Shown: one piece after another, positions 8,931 through 17,355 of the stretch | Position numbering within the stretch: position 1 is the stretch's first letter | Layout: each line of letters opens with the position of its first letter | Assembly: GCA_039812945.1 (NCBI GenBank) | Contig: JBDHSZ010000001.1 | Location: forward strand, 17,020 to 81,019 | Length of the DNA stretch: 64,000 nucleotides | Reading direction: 5' to 3' | From: Shinella sp. | GTDB lineage: Bacteria; Pseudomonadota; Alphaproteobacteria; Rhizobiales; Rhizobiaceae | Made by a program: the position numbers and the translations under genes | The notes under the pieces: model-generated | The model's database searches: none | What the model saw: the letters and a program-made list of their open reading frames with translations, nothing else | Told to the model about the DNA's origin: nothing

Positions 8931-9890
8931 TCATGCGTCGAGAACCAGCCGGCCGGAACACGCCCTCGACACGCAGATCATCATGGATTTTCCGGCCGCG
9001 CGCTCCTTGGCGCCCAGCACCGAGCAGCGGTGATCGGGCGTTCCCGCGATCACCTTGACCTCGCAGGAGCCGCAGACCCCTTCCTGGCAGGAGGACTCGA
9101 CGTCGATCCCCTCGTCCTCGGCGATCTCGAGGATCGAGCGATCCTCCGGCACGGTCACCACGACGCCGGAGCGCGCGAACTCGACCTCGAAGGCGGTGTT
9201 GGCGCCCCCGGCAGCGCTCCCGCCCGCCGAGAACCGCTCCATGTGCAGGTCGGCGCGCGCCAGCCTCGCACAGATCTCCTCGACGGAGCGGAGCATCGCC
9301 TCGGGGCCGCAGCAATAGATCGCCGTGCCGGGATCGGTCGCCGCGATCAAAGCGGCGAGGTCGGCGGTGCCGCGCACATCGCTCTCGTGCAGCGTCACCC
9401 GGCCCGCGCCATGGGCCGCGACCTCGTCGCGGAAGGCCATGGTCCGCGCCGAGCGGCCGCAATAGAAGAGCCGCCAGTCGGCCCCCGAGGCGGATGCCTG
9501 CGCGATCATCGGCAGGATCGGCGTGATGCCGATGCCGCCGGCGATGAACAGATAGCGCCCGGCCGGCTCCAGCGGGAAATTGTTGCGCGGCCCCGCCACG
9601 CGGATCCTGTCGCCCTCCGCCAGCGCCGCATGGATATGCGCCGAGCCGCCGCGGCCGTCCGCCGCGTGAAGGACGGCGACCTGCCATCGCGCCCGATCGC
9701 CGGGCCGGCCGCACAGCGAATATTGCCGCACGTAATCCTTCCCGCCGGACGTGAAATGGAGATCGACATGCGCACCGGGCTCCCAGCCCGGAAGCTCCGC
9801 CCCGTCCGGGGAGGCGAGCGTCAGGCGCAGGACGCCGCTGGCCGCGGGCTCCAGCCCGGCGACCAGGAGTTCGAGGTCTCTTTCGGACAT
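8931..9890 (-). CDS. PDR/VanB-family flavin/[2Fe-2S] oxidoreductase (oxygenase reductase)
   Basis: RQYSLC, GGIGITP, YCCGP, C-terminal CQEGVCGSC...C plant-type ferredoxin. Confidence 0.93.
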   Translation of the reverse strand: MSERDLELLVAGLEPAASGVLRLTLASPDGAELPGWEPGAHVDLHFTSGGKDYVRQYSLCGRPGDRARWQVAVLHAADGRGGSAHIHAALAEGDRIRVAGPRNNFPLEPAGRYLFIAGGIGITPILPMIAQASASGADWRLFYCGRSARTMAFRDEVAAHGAGRVTLHESDVRGTADLAALIAATDPGTAIYCCGPEAMLRSVEEICARLARADLHMERFSAGGSAAGGANTAFEVEFARSGVVVTVPEDRSILEIAEDEGIDVESSCQEGVCGSCEVKVIAGTPDHRCSVLGAKERAAGKSMMICVSRACSGRLVLDA

Positions 9891-9968
9891 CGACCGTTCC
9901 TCACTGTTCAGATTGGCAAAGCCGCCTTCGTCCGGCCGCGCGACGACGCCGCGCGGCCGGCAGCCGGG

Positions 9969-10391
9969 TCAGATCTCGAGGACGACCGTCGCGCCCTCGA
10001 CAGAGACCGGAACCTTCTCCACGCCGGCCTTGAGGCGCTCCAGCACCTCCGGCGGCTCGACCGTGACGGGATAGCGCCGCACCTTCTGCCGCGACTCGAA
10101 GAGGGTCCGGCCGGTCTTGATGTCGAACTCCCAGTGATGCCACGGGCAGGCGATGATCTCGCCGTCACGCACCCAATGCATGCCGATGCGGTCCTTGTCC
10201 GTGTCGGCCTTCGTCGTGCCGCGCACCCTGCCCTTGCAGAGGGGGCCGCCCATATGGGGACAGGTGTTCTTCAAGGCGAAGAACTCCCCGTCGATGTTGA
10301 AGACGCCGATCCCGCTCTTCACCCGGTCCGGATAGACCACGACCGAGGATCCGGGCGGAATGTCGACGACTGCTCCCACTTCATATCGCAT
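9969..10391 (-). CDS. Rieske [2Fe-2S] ferredoxin
   Basis: CPH...CPWH Rieske motif, about 140 aa. Confidence 0.92.
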   Translation of the reverse strand: MRYEVGAVVDIPPGSSVVVYPDRVKSGIGVFNIDGEFFALKNTCPHMGGPLCKGRVRGTTKADTDKDRIGMHWVRDGEIIACPWHHWEFDIKTGRTLFESRQKVRRYPVTVEPPEVLERLKAGVEKVPVSVEGATVVLEI

Positions 10392-10421
10392 GTTCAATCT
10401 CTCGTGCTCGAACGGATCGGG

Positions 10422-11465
10422 TTACGCGCCGGCCTGCGCCGTCACCAGCGCCCCGAGGCGCGGGTAGAACGCCGCAGCATTGTCGGCGAGGCAGCGCGCC
10501 CGGTCCTTTTCGGACCATGCGGTGAACACGTCCTGCGGGTCCACGCCGTCCCAATAGGGATGGCGGCTGCCGAAGACCACGAGCGAGGCATTGTCCCCGC
10601 CGAGGGTGCCCGCCGCGCGCCGGCTGTGCGGCGAGATCTCGTCCTCCGGCTGGCAGACGAAGCGGAAGTGCTTCTCGAAATAGTCCGTCGGCTCCCTTTC
10701 CATCCACGGGACCTCGACGCGGTCGGACTGCCAGTCCTTGAAGGTGCGGATGGCGAAGGCGCGCGCCTCGTGGATGCTGACGTCGCCGAGCACGACCCGA
10801 AGGTCCGGCAGGCGCTCGAAGACGCCGGAGCAGATGAGGCTGGTCATGTGCACGATGCCGGACATCGGCCGCAGCGTGTGAAGCTCGGCATAGAAGCTCG
10901 GGAAGCCCACCTGCGTCGGCGGCGGCTCCACCACGGCGCTGAGGTCGTCATGGATGAAGACCGCAAGGCCCCGCTCCGCCGCCGCGCGCCAGATCGGGAA
11001 GAAACGCTGGTCGCCATAGGTCGCCATGGCGCGCGCCGGCACGACGATCTGCACGAAGCGTGGATCGTCGGCGAGGCGATCGATCTCTTCCAGCGCCGCG
11101 TCGATGTCGTTCATCGCGACGCGGATGGAGCCGAGGAAGCGGGCGTCCGCCTCGGGCGAGTCCAGCCAGTCCTCGACCAGCATGGTGTTCGCCGCCTTGG
11201 CGACCGCAATGGCCTGGTGCGGATTGGGCCAGTAGCCGAAGGTCGTCGGGGCGAGGATCGCGCGGTCGATACCGGCGGCGCGCAGGGCCGCGGCGACCGC
11301 CGCCGGGCTCGACGCATCGGCGGCCGGGACCGAGAGCTGGCTGAACGGCGCACCGTATTTCTCGCCGAAGAGCGTCGGAAGCTGGCGCAAATTCCAGGGC
11401 CCGCCGACGAACTGATTGAACCGGTTGCTTTCCATAACAGGATGAACTGCGCAGTCGATGATCAT
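10422..11465 (-). CDS. Amidohydrolase_2-fold protein with degenerate metal ligands (probable structural oxygenase subunit)
   Basis: IIDCAVH, FIHDD, VLGDVS, FGSRHPYWD; ATGA-coupled to the upstream paralog. Confidence 0.82.
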   Translation of the reverse strand: MIIDCAVHPVMESNRFNQFVGGPWNLRQLPTLFGEKYGAPFSQLSVPAADASSPAAVAAALRAAGIDRAILAPTTFGYWPNPHQAIAVAKAANTMLVEDWLDSPEADARFLGSIRVAMNDIDAALEEIDRLADDPRFVQIVVPARAMATYGDQRFFPIWRAAAERGLAVFIHDDLSAVVEPPPTQVGFPSFYAELHTLRPMSGIVHMTSLICSGVFERLPDLRVVLGDVSIHEARAFAIRTFKDWQSDRVEVPWMEREPTDYFEKHFRFVCQPEDEISPHSRRAAGTLGGDNASLVVFGSRHPYWDGVDPQDVFTAWSEKDRARCLADNAAAFYPRLGALVTAQAGA

Positions 11466-12610
11466 GCCCGACCTCCCATGCGATCGAACCGGTCGGCCGG
11501 TCTCGTTTTCGGCAGATTGAAGAAATCCAGCGCATTGCCGGCGAGGATCTTCCTCTTGACGTCGTCGTCGAGCGAGCGCGGCAGCGCCTTGCCCGGCGGG
11601 TCGTAGTCGTAGTGCGGATAGTCGCTGGAGAACATCAGCAGGTCGCCGGCATTCGCCTCCTCGAAGAGGGTCGCGATATGCTGCGGGTCCGTCGCCTCCT
11701 CGATGGGCTGGGTCGCGAAGCGGAAGTGATCGAGCACATATTGCAGCGGCGTCCTGCCGGTGGAAAACTCCTTCGAGGTCTTCCGCCAGTGGCGCGTCAT
11801 CCGGTCGATGAACGGCCGATACCAGAGGAAGCCGCCTTCGAGGAAGAGGAACTGCAGGCGGGGATGGCGATCGAGCACGCCGTTGCAGATGAAGCTTGCC
11901 ATATGCGTGGCATAGGCCATCGGCGCGATCAGCGAATGATACTCGACGAAGAACTGCAGCGGGCCGGTCGACGTCCAGCCGAGCGGCTGCGTGGCGCCGC
12001 CCTTGAAGTGGATGGAGACCGGCAGGTCGTGCCGGGCGGCCGCCTCCCAGATCGGATCGTACATCGGATGGCCGAACGGGCGCGGCCCGTAATGGCTGAC
12101 CGCCACCTGGCGGAAGCCGGGATGCCCGCCCCACTTGTCGATCTCCCGCGCCGCGCCGACCGGGTCCTCGACGGAAACGGAGATGGAGCCGATGTAACGG
12201 TTCTCGGTGTTGTATTTCGACAGCCAGGTCTCGTCGAGCCAGCGGTTGACCGCGCTCGCCATCGCCGTGTCCAGCGCGGGATCGACCGTGAAGCCGCGCA
12301 GGCTGAACGGCAGCAGGATCGCGTAGTCGGTCGCCTCGTCGATGAACATGTGCTTCTCGACCATGGCCGGATCGGAGCCGAGATCGCCCGTCTCGGGATA
12401 GGCGTCCATGCGGCCGGCCACGTCGAAGGTCGTGAAGCCCGCCCGCCGGAACGGCACGCGCTCGATGATCGGACGATCGCGCCAGGGCGCCTCCATATAG
12501 CCGATGAGCTCTTCGAAAGACCGCGGTTCAACATGGACATCGGTGTCGATCACCTTCACTTCGATGTCGTCGGCCCGATCATCCGGCCGAGCAAGGGTGG
12601 CCGTCGTCAT
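11462..12610 (-). CDS. Amidohydrolase_2-fold protein with full dinuclear ligand set (probable catalytic oxygenase subunit)
   Basis: IDTDVH, SIHF, FLEGG, FSSDYPHYD; strong RBS GGAGGAG. Confidence 0.87.
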   Translation of the reverse strand: MTTATLARPDDRADDIEVKVIDTDVHVEPRSFEELIGYMEAPWRDRPIIERVPFRRAGFTTFDVAGRMDAYPETGDLGSDPAMVEKHMFIDEATDYAILLPFSLRGFTVDPALDTAMASAVNRWLDETWLSKYNTENRYIGSISVSVEDPVGAAREIDKWGGHPGFRQVAVSHYGPRPFGHPMYDPIWEAAARHDLPVSIHFKGGATQPLGWTSTGPLQFFVEYHSLIAPMAYATHMASFICNGVLDRHPRLQFLFLEGGFLWYRPFIDRMTRHWRKTSKEFSTGRTPLQYVLDHFRFATQPIEEATDPQHIATLFEEANAGDLLMFSSDYPHYDYDPPGKALPRSLDDDVKRKILAGNALDFFNLPKTRPADRFDRMGGRA

Positions 12611-12641
12611 GCTATCTCCTCCAGACTGGATTGTTCGTCAA

Positions 12642-12697
12642 ACTAATCAGTTTGCCTGATCTAATGGTCAGTTTGCCTGTATATTTGCATTTGTCAA
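12642..12697 (-). promoter_or_regulatory. Promoter/operator of the oxygenase operon
   Basis: ACTAATCAGTTTGCCTGA and TCAGTTTGCCTGTATATTT tandem boxes followed by TGTCAA (TTGACA on minus strand). Confidence 0.7.
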
Positions 12698-12794
12698 TCC
12701 CCGCCCGGCCGGAAAGCCGGACAATCCTGCATGGACCTCGGATTCGCCTTGGGAAAAGAGGGCGCGGCCGCCATCGGCGGCCGGCCGGAAACGT

Positions 12795-14135
12795 TCAGGC
12801 CCGCGCCGTCAGCCTGCCGACATGGCGATCGCCGTCGCGCTCGATGTCGAGGCCCGCGCCGAAGGGCCGGGAGAGCTCGTCGAGCCGGGCGAGGATCCGC
12901 GCGCCGTCCTCGGCGGAGGCCAGTTGCGGGCAGCCCCGCCGGCTGCGCGGAAGGTCCCGCCCGAGCGTTATCGGGTGGAATTCGCTGGAGGAAAGGACGC
13001 CGTCCTCATAGGTGAAGCGCGCCACGACCGATTCCCAGAAGAGCGGCTGCTTGCCATAGCCCGTCACCACGTCGAAGAGGTCCGCCGGCGTGGAGGTCGG
13101 CGGCATCCCCTGCTGCTCGTAGACCTCCAGCGGAAAGGCCGAGAACGTCTCGACGTTGAAGATGAAGTTGCCGAGCGAATAGCAGATCGGCCGGCCGGCA
13201 TAGAGTTCGAGCCCGCGCAGCATGTGCGGGCCGTGGGCAAAGACCCCGTGCGCGCCGGAATCGATCAGGCGATGGGCGAGAGGACGCAGGAATTCGGCGG
13301 GAACCTCGCTGTTCCACCGGCCCTGCAGGCCCTCATGGCAGTGCAGCCCCACGAAGACCAGATCGGCCTGGCGCGCGGCCTGCGAGACGGAGGCCGCGAG
13401 CGCCTCGACATCGCGCTCCAGGGCGTCCGTCTCGACGCGGGAGGTCTCGCCCGGCGCGAAGTTCACGCTTTCCAGCGCGAAGCCGCCCGGCGGCGGCGGA
13501 TCGTAGATGTTCTTGTCCGGATAGGGGAAATGGATGCCGGGCGCGGTGGTGCCGGTCGCGGCGACGTTCACCCCCGCCTCAGCCAGGATGTCGCGAAGCT
13601 GCTCGAACTGCTCCGTCCTGATGTAATGCGTCTTCTGCACGCGGACCGGCGCGATGCCCGGACGCCCGACGTCGCCGACGCTCGGATCGGCCGCAAGGCA
13701 CAGCCGGGCATTGCTCGATCCCGCGGCGATATAGGCGACGCGGCATCCCGGCGCATCGAAATAGCGCGGGGAGCGCGCCTCCTGCAGGGTCCGGCCGACG
13801 CCGGCATAGGTCAGGCCGCGCGCCTCCAGCGCCTCGATCGAGGCCACCAGGCCGGAGACGCCGTAGTCCGTCGCGTGATTGTGGCCCAGCCCGTAGATGT
13901 CGACGCCAAGCCATTCGAATTCCGAAAGCAGCTCCGGCTCGACGCCGCAGGGAATGCCGTGCATGGTCGTCGAGGCCATCCGGCCGCGACCGGGAAACAC
14001 CATCTCGACATTGGTGATGGTGACGTCCGTGTTCCGCAGCATCTCGACGAGGGCGAGAAAATCGCCGTCGGGGTTGCGCGAGATGCGTTGCGTCAACATG
14101 GCGTCGCCTGTAGCTAATACGCTCACTTTCGACAA
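12795..14135 (-). CDS. CapA/PgsA (PGA_cap) family metallophosphoesterase-fold protein, no signal peptide
   Basis: ATGD, NVE, GHNHATDYG, GLHCHEG, AHGPH, YSLGNFIF; TTG 14135 after GGTGGAGGA. Confidence 0.88.
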   Translation of the reverse strand: MSKVSVLATGDAMLTQRISRNPDGDFLALVEMLRNTDVTITNVEMVFPGRGRMASTTMHGIPCGVEPELLSEFEWLGVDIYGLGHNHATDYGVSGLVASIEALEARGLTYAGVGRTLQEARSPRYFDAPGCRVAYIAAGSSNARLCLAADPSVGDVGRPGIAPVRVQKTHYIRTEQFEQLRDILAEAGVNVAATGTTAPGIHFPYPDKNIYDPPPPGGFALESVNFAPGETSRVETDALERDVEALAASVSQAARQADLVFVGLHCHEGLQGRWNSEVPAEFLRPLAHRLIDSGAHGVFAHGPHMLRGLELYAGRPICYSLGNFIFNVETFSAFPLEVYEQQGMPPTSTPADLFDVVTGYGKQPLFWESVVARFTYEDGVLSSSEFHPITLGRDLPRSRRGCPQLASAEDGARILARLDELSRPFGAGLDIERDGDRHVGRLTARA

Positions 14136-14150
14136 ATCGGGTCCTCCACC

Positions 14151-14161
14151 TTGGTATACCA
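14151..14161. promoter_or_regulatory. TGGTATACCA palindrome, probable GntR/FadR operator
   Basis: TTGGTATACCA in the 84-bp divergent spacer between the CapA-like gene and the GntR gene. Confidence 0.55.
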
Positions 14162-14219
14162 TATTGGAGCACATAAATATGCGACTTGCCGAATGTCAAT
14201 GCAGAAGGAACGCACACCG

Positions 14220-14870
14220 ATGACGAAAACGCAGTTGGTCGAGGATCGTCTACGGCGCATGATTCTCGACATGGATATCGGCCCGGGCGAGCGCCTCACC
14301 GAGCGCTGGCTCGAAGGCCAGCTCATGGCGTCGCGGACATCGATCCGCACGGCGCTGCTGCGCCTCGAAGGCGAAGGGCTGATCGACCGCAACGACCGGG
14401 GCTGGATCGTGCCGCCCATCGACCCCGAGGAGATAAGGCAACTGTTCGACTATCGCGAGGTGCTGGAGGTCGCGGCGATCCGGCGGGGCGGCGCGGGGCT
14501 GGATGCCGCGCAGATCGCCGAGATGAAATCCGTCCTCGACCGGGTTTCGTCGGAGGCTTCCGCGGAGGAGCTCAACGACGCGGCCCACAAGTTTCATCTG
14601 CAGATCGGCGCCCTGTCGAAGAACGAGTTCATCGAGAAGGGCATCGCCGACTGCATGACGCGCCTGCTGCGGGTCCGCTGGATCGAGAACAGCACCTCCC
14701 GCAAAGGGCTGGACGAGCATCGCGCCGTGCTCGAAGCGCTCGAACATGGCCGCGTCGACCATGCCGTCGAGCTGACCAGGAACCATATAGAGGCCGCCTG
14801 CGCGAGGCTGCTTCTGGCCTTGAGCGAGGGAAAGCGCAGCCTGCGGTCGCGAGGCATGACGATTTCCTGA
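14220..14870 (+). CDS. GntR (FCD/FadR-subfamily) transcriptional regulator
   Basis: GPGERLTERWLEGQLMASRTSIRTALLRLEGEGL, FH...N, EH motifs. Confidence 0.9.
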   Translation: MTKTQLVEDRLRRMILDMDIGPGERLTERWLEGQLMASRTSIRTALLRLEGEGLIDRNDRGWIVPPIDPEEIRQLFDYREVLEVAAIRRGGAGLDAAQIAEMKSVLDRVSSEASAEELNDAAHKFHLQIGALSKNEFIEKGIADCMTRLLRVRWIENSTSRKGLDEHRAVLEALEHGRVDHAVELTRNHIEAACARLLLALSEGKRSLRSRGMTIS

Positions 14871-14999
14871 CCATCGGCCGCCTCGGAGGTTTTACCATGC
14901 AGGCCGTGGGGCCACATGACCGAGTCCACGACGCCGGCGGAGCCGGAAAGGAAGCGCGAGGACAAAGGGATGTTTCGGACGGTGATTCCACCTTGATCG

Positions 15000-15389
15000 C
15001 TACAGGTCGCCGAGCACGAATTGCGCGCGACCATGTCCGAAGGACCAGTCTTCGTCGGCATTCTCGACGATCGACACCATGACGTCCGACGGCTTTGTCG
15101 CGCATTCGCTCTCCAGCGCCTCGCAGAGATTGCGGTAGAACGCCTGCTTTTCCGCGCTCGCGCGCGGCCGGGAAACCACTTCGAGCAACACGAACCGTTC
15201 CGAGCGCTCGATCCCCAGCCCCGTGTCGAGCGCCTTGAAATGAGAGGGCTCGTGCTCGTGGACGATCTGATAGCGGTCGCGCTCGGGCACGTTGAACGAG
15301 CGCACCATCGCCCCGTGGGCGACATCGAGGAGGTGCTCGACCTCGTCCGGCGCGCGGCCCTTCCGCAGGTGGAATTTCAAGAGCGGCAA
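15000..15389 (-). CDS. Tautomerase family protein (Tautomerase_2/YusQ-like)
   Basis: TTG start then Pro (M-PLLKF), VPERDRYQIVHEH, DWSFGHGRAQF; RBS AGGAGA. Confidence 0.87.
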   Translation of the reverse strand: MPLLKFHLRKGRAPDEVEHLLDVAHGAMVRSFNVPERDRYQIVHEHEPSHFKALDTGLGIERSERFVLLEVVSRPRASAEKQAFYRNLCEALESECATKPSDVMVSIVENADEDWSFGHGRAQFVLGDL

Positions 15390-15403
15390 TGGGATCTCCT
15401 TTG

Positions 15404-16219
15404 CTAGCTTCGCCCCGGCAGCTTCAGCGCGGCCGGAATGTTCATTTCCGAATCCAGGATCAGCCGGCCGTCCAGCTCGCCGTTCAGCCGCTCGACATAG
15501 AACGAGGCCTCGTCCATATGCGCCCGCATGAGATCGCGGACCTTCCCGACGTCGCGCGCCCGCGCCGCTTCGAGGATCGCGCCGTGGCACTTCTCGTTGG
15601 CGCAACCGAAGGCGGTGTGCTCCTCGGCGGGGGTGTGCTTGCTGTAGACGACCAGCCGGCGCAGCATCTCGTTGATCATCTGGCAGAGGAAACGCAGGAA
15701 CGGGTCCGGGTTCGCGGCGGCGAGGATATCGTGGAAGTCGAGGTCCTCCTGCCGCTGGCGCACGAGGCGCGCCTCGTCTCCGCCGGCCGGATGGCAATTC
15801 TCGATATTCGCCTCGAGCGCCTCGAAATCCCGCTCGGTGAGATGCGGCACCGCGCCGGCGGCAAGTTCCGGCTCCAGAAGCCGCCGGGCCGAGTAGATGT
15901 CCTTCATGGTGACGTTCTTGAAGAACAGATAGTTCTGCAGGAACAGGAACGTCCGGTCGAGCGGCACCTCGGCGATGGTCGCCCCGCCGCTCGGGCCGGT
16001 GCTGATCGTGATCAACCCCTGCACCTCGAGCGATTTCAGCGCTTCCCGGATGGTGCTCTTGCTGACGCCGAACAGCTTCTGCAGGTCCTTCTCCATCGGC
16101 AGCTTGTCGCCCGGCTTCAATTCGTGCTGCGTCACGAGCCGCTTGACGTCCTCCGCCACGAGGTCCGCCCTCTTCGGCTGCCGGACCCGCAGCAGGCGCG
16201 GCGCTGTGGTGTTCTCCAT
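15404..16219 (-). CDS. FadR/GntR family transcriptional regulator
   Basis: LKPGDKLPMEKDLQKLFGVSKSTIREALKSLEVQGL, DLDFH. Confidence 0.92.
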   Translation of the reverse strand: MENTTAPRLLRVRQPKRADLVAEDVKRLVTQHELKPGDKLPMEKDLQKLFGVSKSTIREALKSLEVQGLITISTGPSGGATIAEVPLDRTFLFLQNYLFFKNVTMKDIYSARRLLEPELAAGAVPHLTERDFEALEANIENCHPAGGDEARLVRQRQEDLDFHDILAAANPDPFLRFLCQMINEMLRRLVVYSKHTPAEEHTAFGCANEKCHGAILEAARARDVGKVRDLMRAHMDEASFYVERLNGELDGRLILDSEMNIPAALKLPGRS

Positions 16220-16308
16220 TGCTTGCTCTCCGATTGTCGTCCGTCCTGAGTAGCACCTCGACCGGCCCCGCGCATCAATTATGTTCAACATGTTGGATTG
16301 CATAATCC

Positions 16309-16326
16309 TATTTATCATGATAAATA
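16309..16326. promoter_or_regulatory. Perfect 18-bp palindrome, probable FadR operator
   Basis: TATTTATCATGATAAATA in the AT-rich divergent spacer. Confidence 0.7.
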
Positions 16327-16356
16327 CAATAAAAATGATAATACGGGAACACCGCG

Positions 16357-17319
16357 ATGACGAAGAAAGACACGGCGACCCCCATCTGGGCCGCCATCCA
16401 CACGCCGTTCGCCGAAACTCTGGAGCTCGATGAACGCGGGCTCCGGCACAATGTCCGCCACTATATCGACCTCGGCCTGAGCGGCGTCTTCTGCAACGGC
16501 CTGGTCGGCGAGGTCTGGGCGATGACCATCGGGGAGCGCAAGCGGGTGGTCGAAGTGCTCGTCGACGAGGCGGCCGGCCGGCTCGCGGTCTCGGCGGTGA
16601 TTTCCGCAAGCTCGATCAGCGAGACGCTCGACCTCGGGGCGCATGCGAAGGCGGCGGGCGTCGCGCATGCGGTGATCATCGTCCCGACCTCCGGCCCCCG
16701 CTCGCGCGAGCAGCAGTTCAGCTATATCGAGCTGATATGCCGGGAGCTCGACATGCCGATCGTGCTGTTCAACGCGGCAGGCCCGGCGGGAAGCCCGCTG
16801 TCGCCGGAGCTCTTCGCCGATCTCTGCGTCCTGCCGCAGATCGCGATCCTCAAGACGACCGCCTACGAGCACAATCTCGCCCTGCGGCAGGCGGCGAGAG
16901 GCAGCGTCCTCGTCTCCGACCCGCTCGAGGAGCATTATCTCGACAACCGGCTTCGGCACGGGCAGGCGATCCTCTACGCCGATCCCGAGCCCTATCTCTA
17001 CCAGACACCCGGCAGGACGCCGATCGCCGACTATATCGCCGATCTCGACCGGGGCGACGCCGACGGGGCGAAACACGCCAGCGCCCGCCTCGATCCGCTG
17101 CGGCGGGTCTTCAACAAATGGGTCATGGACCCGTTGATCGCCGGCCATATGCCGAACGCGGCCGTCAAGCACTGGTGCGCGATGATGGGCATGGCGAGCG
17201 GCCCGGTCCGCATGCCGGTGCGATCGCTCGACGCCGCGGAACGCCGCACGCTCGAACAGGACATCCGCGCGGCCTGCGACGAGGCCGGCGTTCCCGTCCC
17301 GGAGGCCATGAACGCATAG
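16357..17319 (+). CDS. Dihydrodipicolinate synthase/N-acetylneuraminate lyase family aldolase
   Basis: HTPF, GVFCNGLVGE, ILKTT (Schiff-base Lys), GPVRMP. Confidence 0.88.
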   Translation: MTKKDTATPIWAAIHTPFAETLELDERGLRHNVRHYIDLGLSGVFCNGLVGEVWAMTIGERKRVVEVLVDEAAGRLAVSAVISASSISETLDLGAHAKAAGVAHAVIIVPTSGPRSREQQFSYIELICRELDMPIVLFNAAGPAGSPLSPELFADLCVLPQIAILKTTAYEHNLALRQAARGSVLVSDPLEEHYLDNRLRHGQAILYADPEPYLYQTPGRTPIADYIADLDRGDADGAKHASARLDPLRRVFNKWVMDPLIAGHMPNAAVKHWCAMMGMASGPVRMPVRSLDAAERRTLEQDIRAACDEAGVPVPEAMNA

Positions 17320-17355
17320 CCAGCCATTCAACCAGACCACAAAAGGGGAACTGAA

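Noticed and set aside
8868-11606. 912-aa plus-strand ORF, and similar long ORFs (1597-3438, 3931-5877, 28570-29988, 58584-60350)
   Set aside because: Antisense shadows of well-supported genes in high-GC DNA; Arg/Gly/Ala-rich with no motifs.
10422-12610. ACMSD/LigW-type decarboxylase or LigJ-type hydratase assignment
   Set aside because: The DxH motif, one degenerate paralog and the adjacent Rieske/reductase genes fit an oxygenase better; not formally excluded.
6792-14135. RiPP biosynthetic cluster (small ORF as precursor, CapA/MslH-like epimerase, PAL-like amidation)
   Set aside because: The peptide does not end in Gly; no RRE, peptidase or dedicated exporter is evident; the ABC system is an importer with an SBP. 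Catabolism is more parsimonious.
12795-14135. Poly-gamma-glutamate capsule locus
   Set aside because: No capB/capC genes and no membrane anchor.
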